From a virus, in IMG/VR virus record IMGVR_UViG_3300030106_005509, positions 64,001 to 128,000 of that record: 64,000 bases of DNA, one strand, 5' to 3'. The number at the start of each line of letters is the position of its first letter. Positions within the stretch are counted from its first letter, which is position 1. The notes under the pieces are model-generated. The model searched no databases. It worked only from the letters and a program-made list of their open reading frames with translations, and was not told the origin of the DNA. Made by a program: the position numbers and the translations under genes. Positions 37,966 to 48,103 of this stretch are shown here, piece after piece.

Positions 37966-39850
37966 CTCTTATTCCCATTACTTTGTCTAATAGTGATATG
38001 CCAAGCACATCAAATTTAACATGTCCCATAGATTCCAGATCGTTCATTTCTAATCCGGCTATCTTGTCTGTATTTGTTTTGTCTCTGACCATTGGGCAAA
38101 CCTCGTTGAGATTGTTTGAGGAAATCACAACTCCAGCTGCGTGCTTACCTTGAGACTTGAATGTACCCTCAAGACGCATTGCTTGCTCGAAGAGTTTTGA
38201 ATAATCGCCCTCCAGCGAGCCGTCATCATTCAACCTGCAATAGTCTCTGAGAGAGTCTGGTTGGTTCATGAGCGTCCATTGTATAACAGATGGCGAATCC
38301 ATAGAAGCAAGCTGATCAGATATCTCTTGTTCTGGAGGCAGACTTTTTGTTATTGAATTCATTTCGTCAAAGCCACAAGCCTCGTTCATCCTCAAGACTT
38401 CTTTTAGGGCGCTGCGACCTTGAAGCCTACCAAAAGTAACCATCTGGCTAACTTTAGAATGTCCATACTTTTCCCTAATATAGTCTATCACTTCATCTCT
38501 TTTTGATGCTGGCACGTCTATGTCTATATCAGGTAATGAGACATGGTCTTTTGTATTTCTTCCAGAGTTATAGAATCGCTCAAAAATTAATCCGTATTCA
38601 ATAGGATCGACATGTGTTATTCCAACTAGATAAGAAACCAAGCATCCTGCTGCGGAGCCTCTTCCCGGACCCGGAATCCAACCGTTAGATCTCACGTTAT
38701 TTACTATATCTCTAACTATAAGAAAATAACCTGACAGTTTAGCATCACTAATAACTTTTAGCTCTTTTTGCACCCTGTCTGCGTATAGTGCTTTTGCCTC
38801 TTCTAAGTTTACCTTGCCAGATGTTTTTAGTAACTTAGACCAACCCTGTCTACAAAGCTCTCTCAGGTACTGCTCTTCATTGTATTCTTCTGGGCATTTA
38901 AATTCTGGAAGCATGGGTTTGCCGAGTATGTCATAATCTTCGCACATATCGGACACAAGCATTGCATTTGCTATCTCGGCTTCTGTGTTAACAGCTTGTA
39001 TCTCCTCTAAGGAGGGTATGTGGAAGTTGCTAGACTTCATAAAGCCGGAAAAACCAACCTCTTCATTGTTGTTTAGCTTGCTTCTTATTTTTCTTAGCGT
39101 TGTTTTCATTGAAGAACACAGCAATAACATGTGATCTCCAGAGTCTTGTTTAGTTGGGTAGTGTGAATCCGCTGTTGCTACGGTTGGTATCCTTAGCTTT
39201 TTAGCTATATACCTCATACCCTGAGCTACTAATTTAGCCGCCGGAGAATTTTCTTGATCAATGCACTGAACCTCTATCAAAAAGTTATCTTTACCAAAGA
39301 CATCCATATAGGTGTATGCCATCTTCGTGACATTTTCCACCCAATTTGGATCTACAAATTTCTTTACCTCTCCTTCTGTATCCTGATTGTAAGCAGACTT
39401 ATAATCTGTAAATATTGCATTAGCCATATCGCTTCCAAGATGGCCGCTAAAAGCAATTAGATTGCCATCCGCATAATCTCCTAGAGTTTGTAGATCTATT
39501 CTAGGTCTATAGTAGAAAAGCTCTTCGTCGTTACTCCTCGAAACAGCCTCAATTAAATTATGCCAACCCTTTTTATTCTTAGACAGGACGCATAGATGGC
39601 TCAAGCTTCTATTTTCAGGAGACTTCAGTCTTGCGTCTGGGCTTAGATAAAACTCGCATCCCAGTATGGGTTTTATATTTTTAGACCTGCAAGACTTTGA
39701 GAAAGAAACAGCTCCAGATATAGTTCCATGATCTGTTAGCGCGCAAGACGTAAACCCAAGCTTGCTACATCTTGATGCAATCTGGTCTGGCTTTGAGAGA
39801 CCATCTAGAAGACTGTAGTGACTATGCAGGTGTAGTGGTGTCCAATTCAT
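37940..39850 (-). CDS. dnaE: DNA polymerase III alpha, N-terminal half (PHP + palm/thumb)
   Basis: HLHSHYSLLDG, TDHG, GCE, DSHY, GPGRGSAAG, FERF, PDIDID, HAAGV, KFDVLG. Confidence 0.92.
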   Translation of the reverse strand: MNWTPLHLHSHYSLLDGLSKPDQIASRCSKLGFTSCALTDHGTISGAVSFSKSCRSKNIKPILGCEFYLSPDARLKSPENRSLSHLCVLSKNKKGWHNLIEAVSRSNDEELFYYRPRIDLQTLGDYADGNLIAFSGHLGSDMANAIFTDYKSAYNQDTEGEVKKFVDPNWVENVTKMAYTYMDVFGKDNFLIEVQCIDQENSPAAKLVAQGMRYIAKKLRIPTVATADSHYPTKQDSGDHMLLLCSSMKTTLRKIRSKLNNNEEVGFSGFMKSSNFHIPSLEEIQAVNTEAEIANAMLVSDMCEDYDILGKPMLPEFKCPEEYNEEQYLRELCRQGWSKLLKTSGKVNLEEAKALYADRVQKELKVISDAKLSGYFLIVRDIVNNVRSNGWIPGPGRGSAAGCLVSYLVGITHVDPIEYGLIFERFYNSGRNTKDHVSLPDIDIDVPASKRDEVIDYIREKYGHSKVSQMVTFGRLQGRSALKEVLRMNEACGFDEMNSITKSLPPEQEISDQLASMDSPSVIQWTLMNQPDSLRDYCRLNDDGSLEGDYSKLFEQAMRLEGTFKSQGKHAAGVVISSNNLNEVCPMVRDKTNTDKIAGLEMNDLESMGHVKFDVLGISLLDKVMGIRDDLEQQDD

Positions 39851-40866
39851 TTTTTCTTAGTATCTTCTGCGAGCCTTCCGCCTCCGTCTCCGTAGGCAGA
39901 AAGCTTATCAATATTTCCGTATTTTTCAACAACTTTTGGTATACCCTTGAGCCTTATTTCATCTCTAATATGTTGGCATACACTTTTTTTAGATCCGGGT
40001 TTATGAGGCTGGCTAAACTTACAAAGCTTTCTACACTTCCAGTGAGAATTATCATTAGATAGGAGCTTAGGGTTTTGCGTCCTCTTTATGCGCTCAAATT
40101 TCTTCCTTAAAATATCTTCAGCTTTTTGATAGTCATCTTCATCAAACACCATCGAGAATAAACCGCCAGCATTAATGTAATAAATGCTTACCGAGAATTC
40201 ATAATCTGGAAACATATTTTTAAGCGCGTAATAATATAGTAGTAACTGCGTATCTTTCTGAAGCTTTTCTAGAGTCTTTTCTTCTCCAGTAGCCCAGTTA
40301 ATTCTCTTTCCAGTTTTGTAATCTAGTATTTCAAAGTAGTTGTCGCCTTGTTGAACAATAAGGTCAACAGTTCCTTTTATTGCGAGATTGCCTTTTATAG
40401 TCTCTCTTCCTACCTTGTAGTTGTATCTAGCCCAAGGTTTATCAATCTCAATATCAAAAAATAGTTCGGTTGCAAAAACATCTTGGTTTCTTGGGTCTAG
40501 AAGTCCATCTTGGTATGCTACCGCCTTCTCTGCCCACTTTAGACAGGTTCTTTTTTCAGAGTCACCAAGATCCACATCTGGAAAGTTTTTAGTGTAATAG
40601 TCAAATGCCAGATCGTTTATATACGAGAGGTCGTCACACTGATCCAAACTGATAGTGCCAAGTTCATCATCCACTACCTCAGTCTCACCATTTTTCATCG
40701 CGAGACATTTATCACCCAAAGTCTGCATAACCTTGTGGGTAACAGTACCCATCAACGCCTTCTTATTAGTCTTATCTCTGTAAGAAAGGTTGTATTGTAG
40801 GAAGTATTTCTGTTCGCAAAAGTCTAAAGTTCCAAGACTACTGCTTCTGTGGTAACAAACTATCAT
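39847..40866 (-). CDS. PD-(D/E)xK exonuclease, Cas4/AddB-like with putative Fe-S Cys staple
   Basis: S.S...C..KY, G...H, KGTVDL, ILDYKTG, QL..Y, C...C......C at the C-terminus. Confidence 0.8.
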   Translation of the reverse strand: MIVCYHRSSSLGTLDFCEQKYFLQYNLSYRDKTNKKALMGTVTHKVMQTLGDKCLAMKNGETEVVDDELGTISLDQCDDLSYINDLAFDYYTKNFPDVDLGDSEKRTCLKWAEKAVAYQDGLLDPRNQDVFATELFFDIEIDKPWARYNYKVGRETIKGNLAIKGTVDLIVQQGDNYFEILDYKTGKRINWATGEEKTLEKLQKDTQLLLYYYALKNMFPDYEFSVSIYYINAGGLFSMVFDEDDYQKAEDILRKKFERIKRTQNPKLLSNDNSHWKCRKLCKFSQPHKPGSKKSVCQHIRDEIRLKGIPKVVEKYGNIDKLSAYGDGGGRLAEDTKKK

Positions 40867-41663
40867 TTAATTTTTGGATCTATCCATCCCCATTCTTTCA
40901 TGACTTTAAGTAGTTCTCTATTGGTCTCGTCTATGCCCTTATCCTTGTTGTCGATCACAGCATCAAACTTTTCATAATCATCAAGAGCCGTTTCACTGTC
41001 GTGAGCATCTTCGTGTGGCTTTCTGGTAAGTCTTATAACTTTTCCTCCAGCCTTTTGTATAGCTTTTACCTCATTTGGAAATCTGATATCTGGAACTATT
41101 GCCATCTCAGTTCCACTATCTATTATTCTGTTTATGCAAGCAGAGACCCAAACATCTTTTCTAAGTCTTCGGCAAACGTCAGTGCCAAAATACTGCAAAA
41201 ACTCTCTTGCTGTCAAATGAGCTTCAGCTGCTGGTATCTTTACAAGCTCTGTTTGATCTGGCCCAGAAATCAATCTAGACATATCTTGGATTCTTATATT
41301 GGTCAGAGAATTCTTGTCTTCATCTGTACCATAGCATTGCTCTTCAGAGAGACCGAAGAGTTGTATTGCGATTATTTTTAGGGGATCTGCAAAACTAAAA
41401 GGTCTGACGTAAGGCCATATGTTTTGTGCTGAGTAACCTATAAATTCTTCGTCCTTTCTTTCCATATCCAAAATACCTAGAGATTCTTGCTCATTACCTT
41501 TTTCGTCTAGGACTGTAGTATTTACAAGAAGTTCACCAGTATCTTCATTCATCATAAACTTTTCAATGATGCCATTAACACTGAGCTGATATCCATGTAA
41601 GAAGTTACTGCAAGTTGTCTTGCCGCTTTGTTTAGCTCCAGAAAAACCAATAATTCTAACCAT
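40863..41663 (-). CDS. Deoxynucleoside monophosphate kinase (T4 gp1-like)
   Basis: GAKQSGKTT, FADPLK, REFLQYFGTD, DIRFPNE, HDSE. Confidence 0.85.
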   Translation of the reverse strand: MVRIIGFSGAKQSGKTTCSNFLHGYQLSVNGIIEKFMMNEDTGELLVNTTVLDEKGNEQESLGILDMERKDEEFIGYSAQNIWPYVRPFSFADPLKIIAIQLFGLSEEQCYGTDEDKNSLTNIRIQDMSRLISGPDQTELVKIPAAEAHLTAREFLQYFGTDVCRRLRKDVWVSACINRIIDSGTEMAIVPDIRFPNEVKAIQKAGGKVIRLTRKPHEDAHDSETALDDYEKFDAVIDNKDKGIDETNRELLKVMKEWGWIDPKIK

Positions 41664-42723
41664 TTGTCATCGCCTCAATTTGTGGTTTTATTTCTTCTAC
41701 TATTTTAGATACAGACATGTCACCAATGTCACTGCCGGAAAAATTGGGAGCATAAACATTAAAAAGATTGCTACACTTTTCAGTGATCTCTCGCTTAGCC
41801 TTTTTACCAGCCTCGTCATTGTCAGTTAATATTATAACATTTCTTGCTGTTGTAGTTTGTATCAATCTTAACTGGGCTTCGCTCAAGCTAGAACCAAACA
41901 TTCCAACGGCATTTTTTATGCCAGCCATGTGTAGCTTCCAGACATCGCCTTGACCTTCCACCAAAACAATGCTCTTACTCTTAAATATATGCTCTGAAGC
42001 TACCCAAAGGCCGTATAAATATAAACTTTTACGGAATCCAGCACTGTTTCTCCATTTTGAATAAGTGCTGTTTTCTCTTGTCATCCTTCCAACTTCACCG
42101 ACATATTCTGTATTTTCATTATAAACAGGAGCTACAGCCCTACTAAACATAGGATCTTTTCTTATCATGCACTCGCCAACGTCAAACTCTCTGAGAACTT
42201 CTTTTGAGAATCCACGTTTGAGAAAGTAGGTAGATGGTATTTGCAGTTTTGCTTGCATCTGCCTTCTACTGTATTTGCCAACATTGTTCTGTACCACTTG
42301 CTGTTTCGCGTATTTCTTTTCAAGATCAGGAAGGATTTTCTTCCTTTCAGCTATGTCTAAGTCGGAAACCTGCAACATCTTTTTGCAAAAATCCAAAGTC
42401 TCGCCAAAGTGATAAAGCTTCTCGTCTTCAAGCCAGTCAGGAAAGCTGAGTATTCCACGTATCAAACCTATGGTAGTTCTTTGAAATACCTTCTCGCAAC
42501 CTCTAGCTTTACAAGCCCAAGCCCCTCTCCACTCACCATGCTTTGTGACTACACATGAACAAGCGTTAGCGCCGCCACCATGAACTGGGCATGGCATCAT
42601 GTAGTAATTGTCACTTTCCCTATAGGAGACCCCAAAGTGATCTAGAAACAACGGCAGGTTGTCCATCACCAAGCTGTTTAAGGCTTTTATCTCTTCTGGT
42701 TTTAGAAATGTTTTATTACTCAT
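41656..42723 (-). CDS. dnaG: DNA primase (Zn finger + Toprim)
   Basis: CPVH...C...C, YF.KRG, LYG, VEGQGD, DND.AG, DIGD. Start placed just after the dnaB stop. Confidence 0.85.
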   Translation of the reverse strand: MSNKTFLKPEEIKALNSLVMDNLPLFLDHFGVSYRESDNYYMMPCPVHGGGANACSCVVTKHGEWRGAWACKARGCEKVFQRTTIGLIRGILSFPDWLEDEKLYHFGETLDFCKKMLQVSDLDIAERKKILPDLEKKYAKQQVVQNNVGKYSRRQMQAKLQIPSTYFLKRGFSKEVLREFDVGECMIRKDPMFSRAVAPVYNENTEYVGEVGRMTRENSTYSKWRNSAGFRKSLYLYGLWVASEHIFKSKSIVLVEGQGDVWKLHMAGIKNAVGMFGSSLSEAQLRLIQTTTARNVIILTDNDEAGKKAKREITEKCSNLFNVYAPNFSGSDIGDMSVSKIVEEIKPQIEAMTNG

Positions 42724-42724
42724 T

Positions 42725-44176
42725 TTAGAATGGTTTGTCTTCAACATCTTTACTTTCATCAACAATAAATCCATCTGTCTTTAGCTGATTCTCTTTTCTA
42801 GCTTCTGAGAAAAGAAGACCTTCTTCGACAGTTCCAATTTCGCCAGTCATTATGACATTTATATAGTCACTAGATGACCAGCCTTGCCCGAACCTGCTTT
42901 TAAGAGGCACTAATTTTTTGTTTCCAGCATCTTCTTCAGTGCTTGCTATCTCGTCTATAGTTTTGTCTTTGAAGAGGGTGATGCTTGTGGCAGTCCAAGA
43001 AAGTCTTTTAGTTCCTGCGAGAACGGAAGTTGTTTCCTTAGTCTCTCCATCTTTATTCAGCTGGCAGAAGGTCAGTACAGGCACGCCCATTTCGCCAGCA
43101 AAGTCCTTTAGCTTTTTAGCGTTTTTTGTTAGCTCTTGGTACTCTTGGTTGTATTCAGATATAGCTGTGGTATCCATGATTTTAAGATAGTCATAAATTA
43201 CAAAGCAGTCCTTTGCAACACCGCCCTCTGTGCCAACATTTCTAACTATCCATCTTCTTATGACCGAAAGTGTTTCGTCAAACTTCATACCTCCAGCGCC
43301 TATGTGCGAGATTGGCATTTCTTTAATTTGATTAATTGCCACATCGACACGATCTTCTCCACCCACAACATCTAAAAACTTTCCCGTCTCTATGTCAGTA
43401 GTTGGTATTTTTGAAAGCTTTGCAGTAAGTCTAGCGTAGTGTTCTTCTTCAGACATCTCTGTATCTACATAAAGAACTGGTATGTCTAAATTGCCAGCTA
43501 TGTGAGCGCCGATATTTAAGGCAAGCATACTTTTACCAGTCTTTTCAGCAGCGCCAATCAAATCAACTGCACCTCTTCTGAACCCGCCTCCTATTGCAGC
43601 ATCGTATCTAGGAAAACCGCTGCTTATGCCAACCATCTCGCATGGATTCTCTTTTACATGCTCAATCCAATCTCCAACGCCATCGCCAAAAGCGATTGGC
43701 TCGTCTGCAATGGGGTTTGATCCTAAAAGCGTCACATCAAATATTTTACCTTCAACCATTGAGATGATCTCATTCATCTCTTCGTCGCCGGTACATTTTC
43801 CAAGATCGTTTATTATTTCAGTTGCTGTTCTTTTGTATGTCCGCATCGTGTCCAGTTTTAGCAATTTCTTGCTCTGATTGACAACGTTTTCTAGTTGTAT
43901 ATCAACATTGGACAGCTCTTTTAAAAACTCATCAGAGATTTCTCTTTCATACATCCGTGTTATATCAAGCTGCTCAGCAGCAGAATTAAGCACGACAGTA
44001 TCAACTGTATCAGATGTTTCAAAGACTTTTTTTAGACAGGCGTAAAGAACTTTATTGGCATCGTTGGTAAAGCACTTTTCATCTATAAAGGGGTCAGCGT
44101 CTACAAATGCATCCTTGCCGTATCTGATCATAGACGCTAAGACAGCTCTTTCAGTTTCTGGATTTTTTATTTCCAT
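42725..44176 (-). CDS. dnaB: Replicative DNA helicase
   Basis: E.AVL N-terminal domain, GISSGF..D...GG, KTGKS, DTEM, YDYL, QLN, KSRFG. Confidence 0.9.
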   Translation of the reverse strand: MEIKNPETERAVLASMIRYGKDAFVDADPFIDEKCFTNDANKVLYACLKKVFETSDTVDTVVLNSAAEQLDITRMYEREISDEFLKELSNVDIQLENVVNQSKKLLKLDTMRTYKRTATEIINDLGKCTGDEEMNEIISMVEGKIFDVTLLGSNPIADEPIAFGDGVGDWIEHVKENPCEMVGISSGFPRYDAAIGGGFRRGAVDLIGAAEKTGKSMLALNIGAHIAGNLDIPVLYVDTEMSEEEHYARLTAKLSKIPTTDIETGKFLDVVGGEDRVDVAINQIKEMPISHIGAGGMKFDETLSVIRRWIVRNVGTEGGVAKDCFVIYDYLKIMDTTAISEYNQEYQELTKNAKKLKDFAGEMGVPVLTFCQLNKDGETKETTSVLAGTKRLSWTATSITLFKDKTIDEIASTEEDAGNKKLVPLKSRFGQGWSSSDYINVIMTGEIGTVEEGLLFSEARKENQLKTDGFIVDESKDVEDKPF

Positions 44177-44179
44177 GAG

Positions 44180-44629
44180 CTACCCTCCTATACATCTGCT
44201 GCATCTATAAAATTCCCCAGACTTATAAGTAGGGTTTATTTGGTCAACCTGTCCACAAACATAACATTTTACGTCCACCATTTTGACTGGAGGTCTTCTC
44301 TGCATTCTGCCAACATCTGGTGTAGAAATATCTCTATGCTCTACTCCATCATCTACAAAAGTGTTTTCACCAGCAGTCACTGATTGATGCTTGGCATACG
44401 TGCCACTTTCAGACTTTTCACTATGTGTTATTGAGAAGTCTTCTGTTGCTGATTTTGGCATTCGTGCTTTTGGCTCTGACACTTGTGGTTCTGGCACTTC
44501 TTCGGTTGCAACCCCATCTCTTTCTGTTGAGACTCTGACTTCTTCTCCCGTGAGTTGAGCATACCCTTGAATAACTTGCTCCATATCATTGTTAACAATA
44601 CCTTCCTTGATTTGTTGTAAAGGAGTCAT
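44180..44629 (-). CDS. Hypothetical protein with C-terminal zinc ribbon
   Basis: CYVC...CSRC. Confidence 0.6.
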   Translation of the reverse strand: MTPLQQIKEGIVNNDMEQVIQGYAQLTGEEVRVSTERDGVATEEVPEPQVSEPKARMPKSATEDFSITHSEKSESGTYAKHQSVTAGENTFVDDGVEHRDISTPDVGRMQRRPPVKMVDVKCYVCGQVDQINPTYKSGEFYRCSRCIGG

Positions 44630-45108
44630 TAAAACCTTCTCCTTCCTAATTCTAATAAAACATCAACTTGCTTTCGCAAGTCTCTAACCTTGTTCTCTAA
44701 CCAAATTGTATTTGATTCCGCCTGAAGTTTTGCTTGCATGACAGTGTTGGCGAATTCATCGTTAGCAGCTAGTACGTGCAATTTTTGATCCCACTTCATG
44801 TATTTAGTAAATAAGCCCTCATTGTCTACAACCAGTTTGTACATTAAGTTTTGACACCAGTTGAGTTTAGCTTTATGCTTGTTTTCTATCTTCTGAACGT
44901 AACCGCAATAACCAGATAAGATAAAGGCTTTGAATAGAGATTCTTCTTGGCTAAGACTTTTGAGTTCTTCTTCTGATAAATTTACAATGCTCTCAACTTG
45001 CGGATTCACAGATGCAGTTACCAGAGACTTAGATGTTGAATATTCTTCTAGATATTCCAGAAGCCCGTCTATGTCAGAGCTGTTCAATAATTGTTTGCTT
45101 CCACTCAT
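44629..45108 (-). CDS. Helical hypothetical protein (possible recombination mediator)
   Basis: 159 aa, helical/coiled-coil character, lies between recA and dnaB. Confidence 0.45.
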   Translation of the reverse strand: MSGSKQLLNSSDIDGLLEYLEEYSTSKSLVTASVNPQVESIVNLSEEELKSLSQEESLFKAFILSGYCGYVQKIENKHKAKLNWCQNLMYKLVVDNEGLFTKYMKWDQKLHVLAANDEFANTVMQAKLQAESNTIWLENKVRDLRKQVDVLLELGRRRF

Positions 45109-45499
45109 CTTTATCTTCCGAATATTTCAATTCAACAAATATAATCGAATTTATTTCACACCATCGTTTTTTATCTTTGTCTCTAACTCTTGACTTCAAA
45201 AACTCTGCTTTTGATTTGTGAAAGAATGATACAAATTCAAAATGCTGCCTACCATGAACCTCGACTACCAAATTGTAAGCCGGAACGAAGAAATCTGCGA
45301 AAAGCTTTGAGGGTCTCGACGGCTTATTTGAACCGGGAAGTGGAACCTCCTCAAGGATTGTATCATACGGAAAAAGCTCTTTCAACAATTTTCTTGCCGT
45401 TAAGTGCAGATTTGATCTTGGACGAGTGTCGTCACCAAGCACCGTACACTTATTTAGCTTCCAATGTCTCTCTACGCCATCAAAACCAACAGCTCTCAA
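45074..45499 (-). CDS. DUF559/Vsr-like endonuclease
   Basis: LFADFFVP..VVEVHGRQH...RD..K..WC. Probable TTG start overlapping the recA stop. Confidence 0.75.
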   Translation of the reverse strand: MRAVGFDGVERHWKLNKCTVLGDDTRPRSNLHLTARKLLKELFPYDTILEEVPLPGSNKPSRPSKLFADFFVPAYNLVVEVHGRQHFEFVSFFHKSKAEFLKSRVRDKDKKRWCEINSIIFVELKYSEDKDEWKQTIIEQL

Positions 45500-46587
45500 T
45501 AAAGTATCTCCCTCATGGTTTTGTCGAGAATGTCCCATAACGAAGGATTTTCGTCCATGAACTGAAGAAGTCTTGCTTGTCCTTGAAACTTAAATAATTT
45601 GACCAAGCCCTCCGTGTCGTCTAGAGCAACTTCATTAGCCTCAACAATATCAGTAACGTCTTCAATATTTTCGAGAGCAAAGCTGCATGTGTACCAAGCT
45701 CCAGCTTGCTCAATCATATCAAAGTCAACGGCTTGAGAAAAAAGCTCTTGCTTCTTATCCAAACCAACACCGTAACGAAGCCAGCTAATAGCTCCACCGC
45801 CAGTGAAACCGCCAGCGGAAGATGTAACAACTTTCCAGCTGACGCATTGACCAATCTGCTGTGAGTCTGACCTGTCATCTATCTTCCAAGGTTGAACTCT
45901 GGATATCTCAAGTATGGTATCAGCTTGATATTGTATTTTTACACCACCGTCAGCTACTTTCTTTTTGCCATAACCAGAAACATTGGATATGTAGTGAGTA
46001 ATCATGATTATGATTGCTTTTTGTTTTGGAACTACACCGGCCATCTTCTTTGTAAAGTTCGAGAGTATCTTTTGTAGTCCGGGCCTATAGTCTCCTCTAA
46101 CCTCTTCGTCTAAGTCTTTCTGTGCTATCATTGAAGAAACAGAGTCAATGATGATGACAGATCCGGGACACTCTTTGACTATTCGTTCAATACCACCAAG
46201 ATACTTCTCTGCACTAAGTGTTTCACTTGGTGATTCAAAAATGTTTATTCTATCTACATCAAGCCCTTGGATACCCTCTAAGTTTTTTCTGTTGAGCCTC
46301 CCCTCAACATTTACATACCAAACATCTCTTGCTCCGTATTCTTCTTTTTGAGCATTTGCGGCTATCTGCAAGGCTGTGGTGGTTTTGCCACTTTTGGGAT
46401 CACCAATCATTTGAACCCAGCTGCCTTCCTGTATGCCGCCACCCAAGGCATAATCGAGACAAGGGCTAACAGGTATAATAACCCTATCCTTCATCTCTTC
46501 AAAAACTTCTCTGCCTGTTTTTACTACTTCTTCGCCGTATTTTTTAACGAGAGTGTCAAATATTGATAGTTCTTTCTTCTTAGCCAT
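45496..46587 (-). CDS. recA: RecA/UvsX recombinase
   Basis: LDYALGGG, GDPKSGKTT, IIDSV, GG.KI.Y, QAGAWY, FQG. Confidence 0.9.
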   Translation of the reverse strand: MAKKKELSIFDTLVKKYGEEVVKTGREVFEEMKDRVIIPVSPCLDYALGGGIQEGSWVQMIGDPKSGKTTTALQIAANAQKEEYGARDVWYVNVEGRLNRKNLEGIQGLDVDRINIFESPSETLSAEKYLGGIERIVKECPGSVIIIDSVSSMIAQKDLDEEVRGDYRPGLQKILSNFTKKMAGVVPKQKAIIIMITHYISNVSGYGKKKVADGGVKIQYQADTILEISRVQPWKIDDRSDSQQIGQCVSWKVVTSSAGGFTGGGAISWLRYGVGLDKKQELFSQAVDFDMIEQAGAWYTCSFALENIEDVTDIVEANEVALDDTEGLVKLFKFQGQARLLQFMDENPSLWDILDKTMREILY

Positions 46588-46993
46588 CTAAATCCCTCAA
46601 GCTAATGTTCTTATTGTTATTGAATCGCTTTTGCGGTTTTGACCGCGTGTTATCTGTATATTCTACCTGCTTTGGCTCTGGAGCTTCATCTATTTTTTTC
46701 TGCTCGTTCTTTATTAGCGGTTTGAGTTTTTTCATATTCAAGGAATACATCCAGCTTCCCGCGCTTGATTTCAAGGCTCGTAGTATCGCTTGGTCACTAA
46801 ATTCTTTTAGAAGTTTGTAGGCGTAGCCTACTTGGTACTGGTAGTATCTTTTCCAGCTTTTAGTGTTCCATAGAGCATAGGCTGGTCTACCTACGTTTTC
46901 TTTTTCTGCCTTTCTCAAGCAGACGAATTCGGCTATATACTGCGCTGCATTACACTCTTGGTCTTTTGTTATGTGTTTGTAGTTCTTTGCCAT
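46580..46993 (-). CDS. Hypothetical protein
   Basis: 137 aa coupled ORF. Confidence 0.6.
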   Translation of the reverse strand: MAKNYKHITKDQECNAAQYIAEFVCLRKAEKENVGRPAYALWNTKSWKRYYQYQVGYAYKLLKEFSDQAILRALKSSAGSWMYSLNMKKLKPLIKNEQKKIDEAPEPKQVEYTDNTRSKPQKRFNNNKNISLRDLDG

Positions 46994-47471
46994 TCAATAC
47001 TTCCTTCTTTACAATCAAACACTCTTGAGACTTTTTGATGTCTCTATCTTCAAGTCTCTCTGGAGTCATTTCGGGCATAACCCACTTCCTGACCCTCAGC
47101 TTGCCATCATTCAATCCACCAACCACAAACGAGTGTATGGTGTTATCTCCAAACATATAAGCTCCTGCGCATTTGCAGAAGAAGTAACCATCAAAATCAG
47201 ATCCAACATCTTGTACATTGGATCTGTTTTTTATTTTCATATTTGTAATGTGAATACCATTTTCTTCACAGTATATTTTAAGTCTAGCCCAAGCGCTTTG
47301 AGGTTCTCTTTCTGGTCTGTCATCATCTTGGTAAACAGTCTCACCATTAGAAAGCTTGACTACCCACATTGGGTTTTGATCGCCATATTGATTTACATAA
47401 GAATCTAACTGCTTTGCTACGCTTTGCTTTGCTAAATTGTATTCACGATCTGGTATATCAGATATATCCAT
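46950..47471 (-). CDS. Hypothetical protein
   Basis: 173 aa ORF within the operon. Confidence 0.6.
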   Translation of the reverse strand: MDISDIPDREYNLAKQSVAKQLDSYVNQYGDQNPMWVVKLSNGETVYQDDDRPEREPQSAWARLKIYCEENGIHITNMKIKNRSNVQDVGSDFDGYFFCKCAGAYMFGDNTIHSFVVGGLNDGKLRVRKWVMPEMTPERLEDRDIKKSQECLIVKKEVLNGKELQTHNKRPRV

Positions 47472-47472
47472 A

Positions 47473-47805
47473 TTACTTATCTTTGATTATATGAATTGCA
47501 TCACTGTATCTCTTTGCGTTCTGAACTCTTATGGGTCTAGTTTCGTCAGCTAGCTCAGAAGCAGCTTGTGTCATAATTGTGACTCCACGGTCTTCTTTGT
47601 GACCCATAAGGTCTCCAACTGTCGAGCCTTCTTCACGAGCTGTGTCTACATGTCCAGTGTCGGCAGATTCGCCAATATGCTTTTTAATAGCGTTTTCCGT
47701 TCTATTCAAGTCTTTAGCTATATCTTCGACAGTCATGTCAGAATTGTTGTCAATATAAAACTTTTCTATCTTCGTCAGCTTTCCTGTTTTTCTTTTAGAC
47801 ATCAA
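47473..47805 (-). CDS. HTH-domain protein
   Basis: LTKIEKFYI...MTVEDIAKDLNRTENAIKKH. Confidence 0.6.
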   Translation of the reverse strand: MMSKRKTGKLTKIEKFYIDNNSDMTVEDIAKDLNRTENAIKKHIGESADTGHVDTAREEGSTVGDLMGHKEDRGVTIMTQAASELADETRPIRVQNAKRYSDAIHIIKDK

Positions 47806-48103
47806 TATGGCTCCGTTCTGCCCAAGTTAGATTGTTCCTTCGTCTGGTTTTAAGATAGTCAACATAGAACTTAAAAGTGTTCTTTGCGACCTTCTTATAC
47901 TCAGCGAACATGTCTTGAGATTTAGAAGCATCAATCCCGAAAGGATCTAGTAGTCTACCTCTAAAAAACTTAACATGATAGGTTTTTTTGTCATTAACTT
48001 CTGCAATGTACGCAAAAGCTGTGTCCCGTGAATAATCTTTCTCTAAATCCGGCCCATAGAAAATGTACTCTGGATTTGGAGATGGTTCAAGTTCAAAATT
48101 CAT
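47795..48103 (-). CDS. Hypothetical protein
   Basis: 102 aa, ATGA-coupled. Confidence 0.6.
   Translation of the reverse strand: MNFELEPSPNPEYIFYGPDLEKDYSRDTAFAYIAEVNDKKTYHVKFFRGRLLDPFGIDASKSQDMFAEYKKVAKNTFKFYVDYLKTRRRNNLTWAERSHIDV

Noticed and set aside
35485-39850. Split intein or group I intron in dnaE
   Set aside because: No Cys-initiated intein N-block or HN-C/S junction, and the intervening DNA is fully occupied by overlapping ORFs.
39847-40866. Cas4-like nuclease as part of a CRISPR-Cas system
   Set aside because: No repeat-spacer array or other cas gene in the window; solo Cas4-like nucleases are common in phage replication modules.
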